This document shows, in pieces, positions 11,262 through 21,410 of a DNA stretch of 64,000 nucleotides. The translations under genes were made by a program, and so were the position numbers. The DNA is from an uncultured Alphaproteobacteria bacterium (GTDB lineage Bacteria; Pseudomonadota; Alphaproteobacteria; Rhizobiales; Methyloligellaceae): assembly GCA_963818165.1 (NCBI GenBank), contig CAWFRD010000006.1, positions 152-64,151 of the forward strand, given 5' to 3'. The first letter of the stretch is position 1; each line of letters starts with the position of its first letter. Below the pieces are notes generated by a model. It did no database searches and had not been told where the DNA came from. It saw nothing but the letters and a program-made list of their open reading frames with translations.

Positions 11262-12538
11262 CGGAGCGGCCGATGACCGTGCTCACGCCCACGAAGAAAG
11301 GCCGTAACGCCGCGAAGTCTCCCTTCGACGTTGAGGCGATCCGCGCCGATTTCCCCATTCTCTCCCGCGAGGTGAACGGCAAGAGGCTCGTCTATCTCGA
11401 CAATGGCGCCTCGGCGCAGAAGCCGCGCGCCGTTCTCGATACGACTCTGCGCGCCTATGCCGACGAATACGCCAACGTGCATCGCGGGCTGCACTATCTC
11501 AGCAATCTCGCCACCGCCCATTTCGAACAGGCGCGCGAGACCGTGCGCCGCTTCCTCAATGCGCGTTCCGACGCGGAAATCATCTTTACCCGTAACGCGA
11601 CCGAGGCGATCAACCTGGTCGCGTCCTCGTACGGCACGTCGAATATCGGCGAGGGGGACGAGATCCTCCTCACCATCATGGAGCACCATTCCAATATCGT
11701 GCCCTGGCATTTCCTGCGCGAGCGCCAAGGCGCGGTGCTGAAATGGGCGCCGGTCTCCGATGACGGCGCGTTTCTGCTCGATGAATTCGAGCGGCGCATC
11801 ACCCCGCGCACGAAGATCATCGCCATCACCCACATGTCGAACGTGCTCGGCACGGTCGTGCCGCTGAAGGATGTGGTGCGGATCGCGCATGAGCGCGGCA
11901 TTCCCGTGCTTGCCGACGGCGCGCAAGGGGCGGTGCACCTTCGCGTCGACGTCCAGGACCTCGATATCGATTTCTATGCGTTCACCGGACACAAGCTCTA
12001 CGGCCCGACCGGAATCGGCGTGCTCTACGGCAAGAAAGAGCATCTGGAGCACATGCGTCCCTATCAGGGCGGCGGCGAAATGATCGGCACGGTCACGACC
12101 GAGACCGTGACGTATGCTAAGCCGCCGCACCGGTTCGAGGCGGGCACCCCCGCCATCGTGCAGGCGATCGGGCTCGGCGCCGCCATCGACTATGTCGAGA
12201 GCGTCGGGCGCGGGCGGATCTTGGCCCACGAGACGGCGCTCCTCGACTATGCCATGCGCCGCCTCGGCGAGCTGCCCTGGCTTCGCATCTTCGGACGCGC
12301 CAAGGACAAAGGGAGCATCGTCGCCTTCAATATGGAGGGCGCTCATCCCCACGACGTGAGCGCGATCCTCGACCGTTACGGGGTGGCTGTGAGGGCGGGA
12401 ACGCATTGCGCCGAGCCGCTGCTCGCGCGCTTCGGAGTGACCTCGACATGCCGCGCCTCCTTCGCCATGTACAACACCATGGAAGAGGTCGATACTCTCA
12501 TCGAGGCGCTGCATAAGACGCGCGCGATGTTTGCTTAA
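11258..12538 (+). CDS. sufS: cysteine desulfurase SufS
   Basis: YLDNGASAQKP, ANVHRG, TGHKLYGPTGIG, RAGTHCAEP; alternative start 11273. Confidence 0.95.
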   Translation: MTERPMTVLTPTKKGRNAAKSPFDVEAIRADFPILSREVNGKRLVYLDNGASAQKPRAVLDTTLRAYADEYANVHRGLHYLSNLATAHFEQARETVRRFLNARSDAEIIFTRNATEAINLVASSYGTSNIGEGDEILLTIMEHHSNIVPWHFLRERQGAVLKWAPVSDDGAFLLDEFERRITPRTKIIAITHMSNVLGTVVPLKDVVRIAHERGIPVLADGAQGAVHLRVDVQDLDIDFYAFTGHKLYGPTGIGVLYGKKEHLEHMRPYQGGGEMIGTVTTETVTYAKPPHRFEAGTPAIVQAIGLGAAIDYVESVGRGRILAHETALLDYAMRRLGELPWLRIFGRAKDKGSIVAFNMEGAHPHDVSAILDRYGVAVRAGTHCAEPLLARFGVTSTCRASFAMYNTMEEVDTLIEALHKTRAMFA

Positions 12539-12550
12539 GGCCGTGGCCGA

Positions 12551-13003
12551 ATGGTTGAAAAGACTCAACAAGACGACGCCGCTTCCCGCGAAGCCGCGCC
12601 CGGGGCTGGGGCCGCGCCCGAGCCCGGCGAGATCAAGGCTTGCGTCGGCGCGACCGGCGGCGGGGAGGGGACGGACTCCGCTCTTTCGCAAGAGGAAGTC
12701 GAGCGGCTCAAGAGCGACCTGATCGCGGCGCTCAAGACCGTGTACGATCCCGAAATTCCGGTCGATATCTACGAGCTCGGCCTGATCTATAGGCTTGATG
12801 TCGACGACGACCGCAATGTCGAGATCGACATGACGCTGACGGCGCCGGGCTGCCCGGTCGCGGGCGACATGCCGGGCTGGGTGGAAAACGCCGCCTCCTC
12901 CGTTCCGGGCGTGGGCCAGGTCAAGGTCAATCTCGTGTTTGATCCGCCCTGGGACATGAGCCGGATGAGCGAGGCAGCGCGGCTCGACCTCAACATGTTC
13001 TGA
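12551..13003 (+). CDS. sufT: SUF system Fe-S assembly protein (DUF59/SufT)
   Basis: VYDPEIPVDIYELGLIY, MTLTAPGCPVA, VFDPPW. Confidence 0.9.
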   Translation: MVEKTQQDDAASREAAPGAGAAPEPGEIKACVGATGGGEGTDSALSQEEVERLKSDLIAALKTVYDPEIPVDIYELGLIYRLDVDDDRNVEIDMTLTAPGCPVAGDMPGWVENAASSVPGVGQVKVNLVFDPPWDMSRMSEAARLDLNMF

Positions 13004-13048
13004 GCGCCAAGCCTTGAACACGCCCGCGATTTACCCCAACTTCAGGCC

Positions 13049-13429
13049 ATGAGCCCTCGTCCCAGCCCGCTAGTGATGCGCCTCACCGAGGCCGCCGCCG
13101 CGCGTATCCGCGCTCTTCAAACCGCCTCGGGCAAGGCGGTCGAGGGCGTGCGCATCGGCGTGAAGAACGGCGGCTGCGCCGGCATGGAATACACGATGGA
13201 ATACGCCGAAACGCGCGGGCCCCATGACGAAGTGATCGAGGACAAGGGGGTCAAGCTCCTGATCGATCCGAGCGCGGTCCTCTTCCTGCTCGGCACCGAA
13301 ATGGACTATCGCATTGATCCCATGCGCTCGGGCTTCGTGTTCAACAACCCCAACCAGACGAGCGCCTGCGGTTGCGGCGAGTTCGTCTCGCTCAAGCCCG
13401 CCTCGGAAGCACCGGATAGTGGCCGGTGA
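13049..13429 (+). CDS. sufA: A-type Fe-S carrier (SufA/IscA)
   Basis: GGCAGMEY and CGCGE motifs; last gene of operon. Confidence 0.92.
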   Translation: MSPRPSPLVMRLTEAAAARIRALQTASGKAVEGVRIGVKNGGCAGMEYTMEYAETRGPHDEVIEDKGVKLLIDPSAVLFLLGTEMDYRIDPMRSGFVFNNPNQTSACGCGEFVSLKPASEAPDSGR

Positions 13430-13800
13430 AGCCGATATTTTTCTGGGCTTTGATCCGGGGGGCCAACGCAAATTTGGCGTTGCGCTCGTGCAGGGCAACA
13501 GGGCCCGTGTTGCAACACTAAGCGAAATAGGCGAGGCGCTCTCTTGGGCGCGCGTAGAGTGCCAGGATACAACACCGGTCGCCGCTGGTATTGACACCTT
13601 CTCCTCTCGAAGCCAATCATCAGCTCCGCGCCAACTCCTGGGGGCAGCACTCCGCAGACAAAATCGACAACGACCATTGTCTGCGTGGGCCACGCGCGAG
13701 GGCTACACCCAAGGCTGGCAAGATTTGGCTGAGTCCAAGCCCGATCACGTCTGCCCAGCGGGCAAGGTCAACTACCTCTGGCCCCCGCATCAAGGCCCGG
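13426..13800 (+). pseudogene. DUF429-like (RNase H fold) relic with internal deletion
   Basis: IFLGFDPGGQRKFGVA...AAGIDT N-terminal part joined to LSAWATREG...WQDL...YLWP C-terminal part; lower GC. Confidence 0.5.
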
Positions 13801-13844
13801 CCATAACGGAGTCGTCAACTAGCACAAGGCGCCGTGCTCGCCGT

Positions 13845-15320
13845 CTAAGTGACCCGGACCGGGCGCATCATGAAGGCCGGGACATGGTCGCCCATGCCTT
13901 GCTGGCGGGGATGGTGCGGCTGCTGCGGCTGGACTTGCGGCTTCTTCTGCTGCGGGGCGGGGGCCGCGTGGCCATGCGCTTTCCGCTCGTTTTGATACTG
14001 ATGCTTTGGGTGTTCGTGGCGGCGCTCATCGCGGTCGCTGCCGTGATGAGAATTCTGCTGTGCGGGATGTTTCGGGGAGTGGCTCGCTTGCGCGCCCGAG
14101 CCGTGGGGGCGTTTGTTCCGTCTTGGGTGGCTGCCGCGGCGATGGCGCCCATTGTCGTTCGGCCGTTCCGCTTCAGCGTCTCTCTGCTCTTCCTCGCTCG
14201 GCGCCCCGTCGATCCAGGCGATCTCGTAGCGGAGCATCTTCTCGATCGCCTTGAGCGCCTTGTGGTCTCTCGGCGTCACGAGCATGGCGGCGAAGCCTTC
14301 GCGTCCCGCCCGGCCGGTCCGCCCGATGCGATGGACATAGTCCTCGGGGTGGATCGGCACGTCGTAATTGAAGATGTGGCTCACGTCGGGGATATCGAGT
14401 CCGCGCGCCGCCACATCGCTCGCGGCGAGGAAGGCGATCTGGCCGTTGCGGAAGGCATCGAGCGTCGCCGTGCGTTGATGCTGGTCCATGTCCCCGTGCA
14501 GCGCGCCGACATTGAAGCCGTGCCTCTGCAGCGAGCGGTAGAGGATGCCGACATCCTTCTTGCGATTGCAGAAGATGATGGCGTTCTTAACGTCCGTTTC
14601 CCGCATCAAGGCGCGAAGCGCCTCGCGCTTTCCCGCCGCATCGTCGGGCGCCCGCTTAAGCCGCTGCACGATGGTCGCCGCGGCGGTCGCCTGCGGCGCC
14701 ACTTCGATGCGTTCGGGGCTGTGCAGGAACTTGTCAGCGAGGCGCTGAATTTCCGTTGGCATCGTCGCGGAGAAGAACATGGTCTGCCGCGTGAAGGGGA
14801 GTAGCTTGCAGATGCGCTCGACGTCCGGGACGAAGCCCATGTCGAGCATGCGGTCGGCCTCGTCAACCACGAGGATCTCGATGCCGTTCAACAGGAGCTT
14901 GCCGCGCACGAAATGGTCGAGTAGCCGGCCGGGGGTGGCGATCACCACATCGGCGCCGCGATCGAGCTTGCGGTCCTGGTCGTCGTAGGACACGCCGCCG
15001 ATGAGGAGCGCCACGGTCAGCTTGTGGTTCTTGCCGAGAATCTCGAAATGCTCGGCGACCTGCGCCGCGAGCTCGCGCGTCGGTTCGAGGATCAGCGAGC
15101 GCGGCATCCGCGCGCGCGCGCGGCCTCGCTCGAGCCGGGTTAGCATCGGCAGCACGAAGGACGCGGTCTTGCCGGTCCCGGTCTGAGCGATGCCGAGCAC
15201 GTCGCGGCCCGAGCCGGCGACGGGCAAGGTTTTGAGTTGGATGGGAGTGGGAGTTACGAAGCCTGCCGCTTCAACGGCGGACAACACTTTGGGGCTTAGA
15301 CCAAGATTCGAAAAGCTCAT
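13845..15320 (-). CDS. rhlE: DEAD-box RNA helicase (RhlE-like)
   Basis: AQTGTGKT, PTRELA, DEAD, SAT, HRIGRTGRAG; H/Q/R-rich disordered tail. Confidence 0.92.
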   Translation of the reverse strand: MSFSNLGLSPKVLSAVEAAGFVTPTPIQLKTLPVAGSGRDVLGIAQTGTGKTASFVLPMLTRLERGRARARMPRSLILEPTRELAAQVAEHFEILGKNHKLTVALLIGGVSYDDQDRKLDRGADVVIATPGRLLDHFVRGKLLLNGIEILVVDEADRMLDMGFVPDVERICKLLPFTRQTMFFSATMPTEIQRLADKFLHSPERIEVAPQATAAATIVQRLKRAPDDAAGKREALRALMRETDVKNAIIFCNRKKDVGILYRSLQRHGFNVGALHGDMDQHQRTATLDAFRNGQIAFLAASDVAARGLDIPDVSHIFNYDVPIHPEDYVHRIGRTGRAGREGFAAMLVTPRDHKALKAIEKMLRYEIAWIDGAPSEEEQRDAEAERPNDNGRHRRGSHPRRNKRPHGSGAQASHSPKHPAQQNSHHGSDRDERRHEHPKHQYQNERKAHGHAAPAPQQKKPQVQPQQPHHPRQQGMGDHVPAFMMRPVRVT

Positions 15321-15587
15321 GCGTTAGCTAATTTCCGCGCGGCTTTTGCGCCACGCGTATTTCTTTCTTTAGGCACAAATATTTGCTGCAACGATTCGCA
15401 GGCCTTGTGCAAGATATGACTGAAGCGATGCGAGGATTATTCCCTGCTATTGCTTGGCACTCAAATAAGGGGCCAAGTCAGGGGACGCAAGAGGCAATTT
15501 TGCCGGGCGCCCGGATTAAGTTTTGATGACGAATAGGCGATGCATGGCCTTCTTGGCCGGGGCAGCCGGGAAAAGGGCGGCAAAGCG

Positions 15588-16061
15588 ATGAACGCCAACG
15601 ATCACGCCGAAGTGGCGATCATGCCGCCGCTCCTGTTTCTCGGCGCGCTCGTAGCGGGTGCGCTTCTGAGCTACGTCATGCCGATCGGGCCGGGGCTCGG
15701 ATCGGCGAACGGACTCGCTCTCACCGTGGGGCTGATCTTCGTGGCGCTCGGGTTTGTGCTCGTCGCCCTTTCGGTCCGCAGGTTCCGTCTTGCCGGCACG
15801 AGCGTCGTGCCGGTGGAACCTTCAACCGCGCTCGTCGTCACCGGGCCTTATCGCTTCACCCGGAACCCGATCTATATCGGCTTCGTGCTCGCTTATTTCG
15901 GCTTCGCCATCGTGCTGACCAGCATGTGGGTGCTGCTGCTCTTGATCCCGGTGCTGCTGATCTTGCAGCGCGGCGTGGTCTTGGCCGAAGAGGCGTATCT
16001 CGAACGCAAGTTCGGCGACGCCTACCGCAAATACAAGGCGCGCGTGCCGCGCTGGCTCTAG
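15588..16061 (+). CDS. isoprenylcysteine carboxyl methyltransferase (ICMT/PEMT) family membrane protein
   Basis: TGPYRFTRNPIY, EEAYLERKFGDAY...VPRWL. Confidence 0.9.
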   Translation: MNANDHAEVAIMPPLLFLGALVAGALLSYVMPIGPGLGSANGLALTVGLIFVALGFVLVALSVRRFRLAGTSVVPVEPSTALVVTGPYRFTRNPIYIGFVLAYFGFAIVLTSMWVLLLLIPVLLILQRGVVLAEEAYLERKFGDAYRKYKARVPRWL

Positions 16062-16062
16062 C

Positions 16063-18102
16063 TCAAATATCCAGCGCGTCGGGCTTCGCGAATTCCGCCC
16101 GCTCCTGGATGAAGCGGAAGCGCGCTTCGGGATTGTTGCCCATCAACTGATCGACCCGCTTGGCCGTACCCTTGTCGTCGTCGTCGATCTCGACTTTCAA
16201 GAGAATGCGCGCCTTCGGGTCCATCGTGGTCTCCTTCAGTTGCTTCGGCAGCATCTCGCCCAAGCCCTTGAAGCGCGACACGTCGACCTTGCCCTTGCCG
16301 TTGAACTCTTTCCGCATCAATTCGTCCTTGTGCGCGTCGTTGCGGGCATAAAGTGTCTTGGCGCCCTGGCTCAGGCGATAGAGCGGTGGCACGGCGAGAT
16401 AGAGATGCCCGCCTTCGATTAGCCCGCGCAACTCGCGATAGAAGAAGGTGATGAGGAGCGAGGCGATATGGGCGCCGTCGACATCGGCGTCGGTCATCAC
16501 CACGACCTTCTCGTAGCGCAAATCCTCTTCGCGATAGCGGGCGCCGGTGCCGCAGCCGAGCGCCTGAACCAGGTCGCTCAACAGCTGGTTGTCGGCGAGC
16601 TTGGTCGAGCTTGCGCTTGCGACGTTCAGGATCTTGCCACGGAGCGGCAGCACGGCTTGCGTGGCGCGGTCGCGCGCCTGCTTGGCGGAGCCTCCGGCCG
16701 AGTCGCCCTCGACGATGAAGATCTCGGTGCCCTGAGCGCCGCTCACCGCGCAATCGGCGAGCTTGCCGGGGAGCCGCAAACGCCGCGTCGCCGTCTGCCG
16801 GCCGATTTCTTTTTCTTTCTTGCGGCGGAGGCGGTCTTCGGAGCGGTCCACCACCCAATCGAGCAGGCGGTTCGCCTGCGACGGGTTGCCTGTCAGCCAA
16901 TGGTCGAAGGCATCGCGCACGACGCTCTCGACGATGCGGGCGGCCTCGGGGCTCGACAGCCTGTCCTTGGTCTGGCCCTGGAACTCGGGCTCGCGGATGA
17001 AGACCGAGAGCATGGCGGCGCCGGTGCCGAGCACGTCGTCGGCCGTCACCTGGCCGACGCGCTTGTGGCCGGTAAGCTCGCCATAGTCGCGCAGGCTCTT
17101 GGTCAGCGCCGCGCGCAAGCCCGCTTCATGCGTGCCCCCGTCGGGGGTCGGCACGGTGTTGCAATAGGAGCTCAAGAAGCCGTCGTCGCTCGCGATCCAG
17201 GCGATCGCCCATTCGACGGAAGCGGAGCCCTCGGTCTTCTCGATCCGTCCCACGAACACGTCCTTGGTGACGGTCTCCTGGCCTTCGATGCGGCTTGCCA
17301 AGAAATCCTTGAGCCCTCCGGGGAAGTGAAAGAGGGCGCTCTCGGGCGTCTCGCTGTCGCCGATGAGCAGCGCCTTGGCGCATGACCATCTGATCTCGAC
17401 GCCGCGGAAGAGATAGGCCTTCGAACGGGCCATGCGAAAGAGGCGCGAAGGCTTGAAGGCGGCGCCCTTGCCGAAGATCTTTGGGTCCGGCCTGAAGCGG
17501 ACGCGCGTGCCGCGCCGGTTCTTGATCGCGCCGAGACTTTTGACAGGGCCGTCCGGGACCCCGCGCGTATAGCTCTGCCGATAGAGCTTCTGCCCGCGCG
17601 CGACCTCGACCTCCATCGTCTCCGACAGCGCGTTCGCGACCGAGACGCCGACGCCGTGCAGGCCGCCGCTCGTCTCATAGACCTTGGAGTTGAATTTGCC
17701 GCCCGCGTGCAGCGTCGTCATGATGATTTCGAGCGCGGACTTCTTCTTGAACTTGGGATGCGGGTCCACGGGTATGCCCCGGCCGTTATCCGTCACGGTT
17801 AGAAAGCCGTCTTCCTCGAACGCGACCCCGATATGGTCGGCGCAACCCGCCACCGCCTCGTCCATGGCGTTGTCGAGCACCTCGGCGAAGAGGTGGTGCA
17901 TCGCCTTTTCGTCGGTGCCGCCGATATACATGCCGGGACGCCGGCGCACGGGCTCAAGCCCTTCCAGCACCTCGATATCGGCGGCGGTGTAGTCCTCGGC
18001 CGTGCGCGACGCGGGCCGGCCTTGCAGCTTCGACGGCTTGGCCGCCGCCTTTTTCGGCGCGTCCTCGGCAAACAGGTCGCGCGATGCGGCGGCTTTGCGC
18101 AT
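16063..18102 (-). CDS. parE: DNA topoisomerase IV subunit B
   Basis: EVLEGLEPVRRRPGMYIG, GGLHGVGVS, VEGDSAGGSAKQAR, PLRGKILN, RFKGLGEM; lacks GyrB insertion. Confidence 0.93.
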   Translation of the reverse strand: MRKAAASRDLFAEDAPKKAAAKPSKLQGRPASRTAEDYTAADIEVLEGLEPVRRRPGMYIGGTDEKAMHHLFAEVLDNAMDEAVAGCADHIGVAFEEDGFLTVTDNGRGIPVDPHPKFKKKSALEIIMTTLHAGGKFNSKVYETSGGLHGVGVSVANALSETMEVEVARGQKLYRQSYTRGVPDGPVKSLGAIKNRRGTRVRFRPDPKIFGKGAAFKPSRLFRMARSKAYLFRGVEIRWSCAKALLIGDSETPESALFHFPGGLKDFLASRIEGQETVTKDVFVGRIEKTEGSASVEWAIAWIASDDGFLSSYCNTVPTPDGGTHEAGLRAALTKSLRDYGELTGHKRVGQVTADDVLGTGAAMLSVFIREPEFQGQTKDRLSSPEAARIVESVVRDAFDHWLTGNPSQANRLLDWVVDRSEDRLRRKKEKEIGRQTATRRLRLPGKLADCAVSGAQGTEIFIVEGDSAGGSAKQARDRATQAVLPLRGKILNVASASSTKLADNQLLSDLVQALGCGTGARYREEDLRYEKVVVMTDADVDGAHIASLLITFFYRELRGLIEGGHLYLAVPPLYRLSQGAKTLYARNDAHKDELMRKEFNGKGKVDVSRFKGLGEMLPKQLKETTMDPKARILLKVEIDDDDKGTAKRVDQLMGNNPEARFRFIQERAEFAKPDALDI

Positions 18103-18209
18103 GGGTCGTTTCGACACCCAGGAGCTCCACGAATCTCTACGGGTACAGGGAACGAATCTAGCTCGCACGCGCTTGCGGCTTTTTCAAGAGCGAGAAAACC
18201 GGCCGAAGC

Positions 18210-20219
18210 TCAAGCGATCTTGCCGCCGCCGATCTTGGTGATGACGAGCACCGAAGGCCTCGGCGGCATGTTCGGATCGAAGTCCGGCCAGCGCGTGGCG
18301 GGATCGGCGAAGGTCGAAGCCCGTTCGAAGCCCTTGTAGCGGTCGGTGGCGTCGGCGCCCGGGTGCTGAACGGCGACGAACAGCGTTTCCTGGTCCGGGG
18401 TGAAGCAAGGGCCGCACATCTCGGCGCCGACCGGACACCGGAAGAAGAGCTTTCCCGTGCGCCGCCGAGCGCCCTCCGTTTCGAGCGCATAGAGGCCGTC
18501 GGCCCGCCCAGTGGGCCAGGGCTCGCCCTGGTCGGTTGAAATCCACAGGCGCCCTTGCGTATCGACCGCGGAATTGTCGGGGCAGGCGAACCAGCCGTTT
18601 TCGGAGGTCGCCGGGTTCCACAACGCGCCGACCGAAGCGACCGAAGGATCGCCGCAGCGGACCAGCAAGTCCCAAGCGAAACGATCGGCCGCGTGGTCGC
18701 CGTCAGGCGGAGTCATCTCGATGATATGGCCGAGCACATTGTCGGCGCGCGGATTGGCCGCGTCTTCTTCCCCCGCCTTGCGGTCCTTGTTGTTGGTCAG
18801 CATCACATAGACGCGGCCGGTGACGAGGTTCGGCTGCACGTCCTCGGGCCGGTCCATGCGCGTGGCGCCGAGCAGGTCGGCGGCGATGCGCGCATCGATG
18901 ACCACGTCGCCCTGATCGGCAAAGCCGCTTTCCGGGATAAGCGGGCCTTGTCCGAACACGAGCGGGAGCCACGTGACGCTGCCGTCGGCGTCGAACCGCG
19001 CGACCGACAGCGTTCCGTCCGACATAAGCCGCCTGTTCGCGGCCTGATCGTCCGGATCGAATGTCCCCTTCGAGACGAAGCGATACACATAGTCGAAGCG
19101 GGCGTCGTCGCCGCAATAGACGACGACACGGCCGTCTTTGTTGACAAGGCACTCCGCGCCTTCGTGGCAGAAGCGGCCGAGCGCGGTGTGCTTCACCGGC
19201 ACGGAAGCCGGATCGAACGGGTCGATCTCGACGATCCAACCAAAACGGTTCGGCTCGTTCGGCTCCTTGTCAACGTTGAAGCGATCGACGAACTTGCCCC
19301 AGGCCTGCCACAGGCCGGGCACGCCGTAGCGCTCGTAGCTCTTCGCCTGTGCGCCGCCGAGACCTCCGGGCACCTTGCCGCCTTCGGCGCAAAGCGCGCT
19401 CCAGAAATAGCCGTGAAAATTCTCCTCGGCGGTGAGGTAGGTGCCCCACGGCGTCACGCCGCCGGCACAATTGTTGAGCGTGCCGAGAATGTTGCGGCCC
19501 GACGGGTCGGCGCTCGTCTGCATCCGCGCGTGTCCCGCCGCAGGCCCATCGACGGTCATTGCCGTGTTGGTTGGGCTGATGCGGCGGTTGTATTTGCTGT
19601 CGAGGACGGGGCGCCAGCCCTCTTCCCCGCGCGCGATCTCGACGATGCTGACGCCATGCGCCGCCATCTCGATCGCGACAAGCTCGGCCGTCATGTCGGG
19701 AAAGCAGATCAAGTCCTGGCGGGCGATGCCGGGGAACATGACCTCTTCGTTCGTGTATTCGTGGTTGATGCAAAGGAGGCCGCGCCGGCCCGTCGCATCG
19801 AGCGGGAAGAAGGCGATGTAGTCGTTGTTGTAGCCGAACTGCTTCAGCTGCGCCTCGGTGCTCTGCCGCAACGGATCGAACGGAGGCGAGTCGGAAAAGA
19901 GCGGATCGCCCCAGCGGAGCAGCACGTCGGCCCGGTAGCCTTCGGCGACATGGTGGGTGCCGTCGACGCCGGCCGCGACTTCCGTAAACGCGAAGCGATC
20001 GGCCTCGTCAGCGGCGTGCGCCGCCGACAAAGCGAGAAGGGAAGGCCCGAACAGCGCCGCGCCTGCTGCCGCGCCGAGCGTGCCGCGCAGCACGGCGCGG
20101 CGGCTATAGCGCCGCAAGATGAGGTCGCCGATCGTGTCGCCTTGCGCGGGGCTGAGGGGCACATTGTCATGCGCCTCGTACGCCTCGGCCCTGTTGCAGA
20201 AGCCGTCGGTTTTCGCCAT
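18210..20219 (-). CDS. phoX: PhoX family alkaline phosphatase, Tat-exported
   Basis: SRRAVL Tat motif, GYNNDY, NHEY, NNCAGG.TPWGTYLTAEEN, GRFCHE, MDRPED, PDN, VQHPG. Confidence 0.93.
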   Translation of the reverse strand: MAKTDGFCNRAEAYEAHDNVPLSPAQGDTIGDLILRRYSRRAVLRGTLGAAAGAALFGPSLLALSAAHAADEADRFAFTEVAAGVDGTHHVAEGYRADVLLRWGDPLFSDSPPFDPLRQSTEAQLKQFGYNNDYIAFFPLDATGRRGLLCINHEYTNEEVMFPGIARQDLICFPDMTAELVAIEMAAHGVSIVEIARGEEGWRPVLDSKYNRRISPTNTAMTVDGPAAGHARMQTSADPSGRNILGTLNNCAGGVTPWGTYLTAEENFHGYFWSALCAEGGKVPGGLGGAQAKSYERYGVPGLWQAWGKFVDRFNVDKEPNEPNRFGWIVEIDPFDPASVPVKHTALGRFCHEGAECLVNKDGRVVVYCGDDARFDYVYRFVSKGTFDPDDQAANRRLMSDGTLSVARFDADGSVTWLPLVFGQGPLIPESGFADQGDVVIDARIAADLLGATRMDRPEDVQPNLVTGRVYVMLTNNKDRKAGEEDAANPRADNVLGHIIEMTPPDGDHAADRFAWDLLVRCGDPSVASVGALWNPATSENGWFACPDNSAVDTQGRLWISTDQGEPWPTGRADGLYALETEGARRRTGKLFFRCPVGAEMCGPCFTPDQETLFVAVQHPGADATDRYKGFERASTFADPATRWPDFDPNMPPRPSVLVITKIGGGKIA

Positions 20220-20259
20220 ATGCCAGTCCTGGGTGGGGCGAGAAATTTACGCCTCCACC

Positions 20260-20277
20260 GTAACAGATTTGCGAAAA
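20260..20277 (-). promoter_or_regulatory. putative Pho box upstream of phoX
   Basis: minus strand TTTTCGC-AAAT-CTGTTAC resembles CTGTCAT-N4-CTGTCAT, about 40 nt from start. Confidence 0.45.
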
Positions 20278-20288
20278 GGAACGGCAGG

Positions 20289-20843
20289 ATGGCGGCGGAA
20301 ACGCCAATTTGCGATTTCGGTTGGAAGGCGTCCCCGTTTCGCCTTCCCGGCGTAGACGGCAAGACCTACAGCCTCGACCAGTTGAAAGGGCCTAACGGCA
20401 CGCTGGTGATGTTCATTTGCAATCACTGCCCTTACGTGAAGGCGGTGATCGGCCGCATCGTGCGCGATGTCGACGAGCTGCGCGGTCTCGGCGTCAGCGC
20501 CGTCGCCATCTCCTCCAACGACGCCGCGGACTACCCCGAGGACTCCTTCGACAACATGAAACGCTTTGCCGCGGCGCACGGCTTCACCTTTCCCTATCTC
20601 TATGACGAGAGCCAGGCGGTCGCCCGCGCCTACGACGCCGCCTGCACGCCCGATTTCTTCGGCTTCAATTCTAAGCTCGAGCTGCAATATCGCGGACGCC
20701 TCGATGAGAGCCGGAAAGAGGCGGCGCCCGAGGGCGTCCGCCGCGATCTCTTCCAGGCGATGAAGGAGGTCGCGCTGACCGGGCACGGCCCCCGCCAGCA
20801 GATCCCCTCGATCGGCTGCTCGATCAAGTGGAAGGCCGCCTGA
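20289..20843 (+). CDS. thioredoxin/AhpC-TSA family protein
   Basis: FICNHCPYV, YPEDSF, AACTPDFF, SIGCSIKWK. Confidence 0.92.
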   Translation: MAAETPICDFGWKASPFRLPGVDGKTYSLDQLKGPNGTLVMFICNHCPYVKAVIGRIVRDVDELRGLGVSAVAISSNDAADYPEDSFDNMKRFAAAHGFTFPYLYDESQAVARAYDAACTPDFFGFNSKLELQYRGRLDESRKEAAPEGVRRDLFQAMKEVALTGHGPRQQIPSIGCSIKWKAA

Positions 20844-20955
20844 TCTCGGATCGATTGCGCGTTCTGCCCAGAGCCGGCGTTAACCCTCTCTTAAGTCTAC
20901 CGCTTTCCCGTTTCTTTACGGGCGCCCCGCAAAATTCGTTTCAAAAGCGGGGGAG

Positions 20956-21261
20956 TTGGTTACGATGGTGATCCGTTACGCAGCCTTGGCGGCGCTTGGA
21001 GCGGCCTCGATCTGGGCCCTCGTCACCGTTGGCGCAAGCAACGGTCAATGGCTCCTAGCCGATGCGGAGCAGGTGGGAGGCGAGCAGGGCCTCTTCCTTG
21101 GGCTGCTGGCGGTCGTCGCCGCGCTCATGACGTTTTCGCTCGGGCGGTTCCTGGTCTTGGGGAGACCGCCGATGGTCGATAGCTGGTACGAACAGCACAA
21201 GCATTGGATCTACCTGATCCTGGGCGGAGGGCTGCTCTACGCGGCGTATGTGCTGATGTAA
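20956..21261 (+). CDS. hypothetical membrane protein
   Basis: three hydrophobic segments; GGGGGAG RBS upstream. Confidence 0.65.
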   Translation: MVTMVIRYAALAALGAASIWALVTVGASNGQWLLADAEQVGGEQGLFLGLLAVVAALMTFSLGRFLVLGRPPMVDSWYEQHKHWIYLILGGGLLYAAYVLM

Positions 21262-21354
21262 GCGATCCGGATTTGGGGGAGCCTGGCGGGGACCTTCCTG
21301 CCGCAACGACGGGGGAGTGCGGACGAAGGTTCAGCAGATCGGGCTCAAAGGTAG

Positions 21355-21391
21355 GGGCGGCCACCCATGCGAGTTGGCCGCCCCAACTTTT
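21355..21391. terminator. intrinsic terminator hairpin between convergent genes
   Basis: GGGGCGGCCA...TGGCCGCCCC followed by T-run on + strand. Confidence 0.7.
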
Positions 21392-21410
21392 TGGCGAAAT
21401 GTATTCGGCC

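Noticed and set aside
6426..12538. Two cysteine desulfurases in one operon
   Set aside because: Standard arrangement in alphaproteobacterial suf loci.
15454..15476. CIRCE or sigma54 site (TTGGCACTC) between rhlE and the ICMT gene
   Set aside because: The right CIRCE arm GAGTGCTAA and the -12 TTGC element are both absent.
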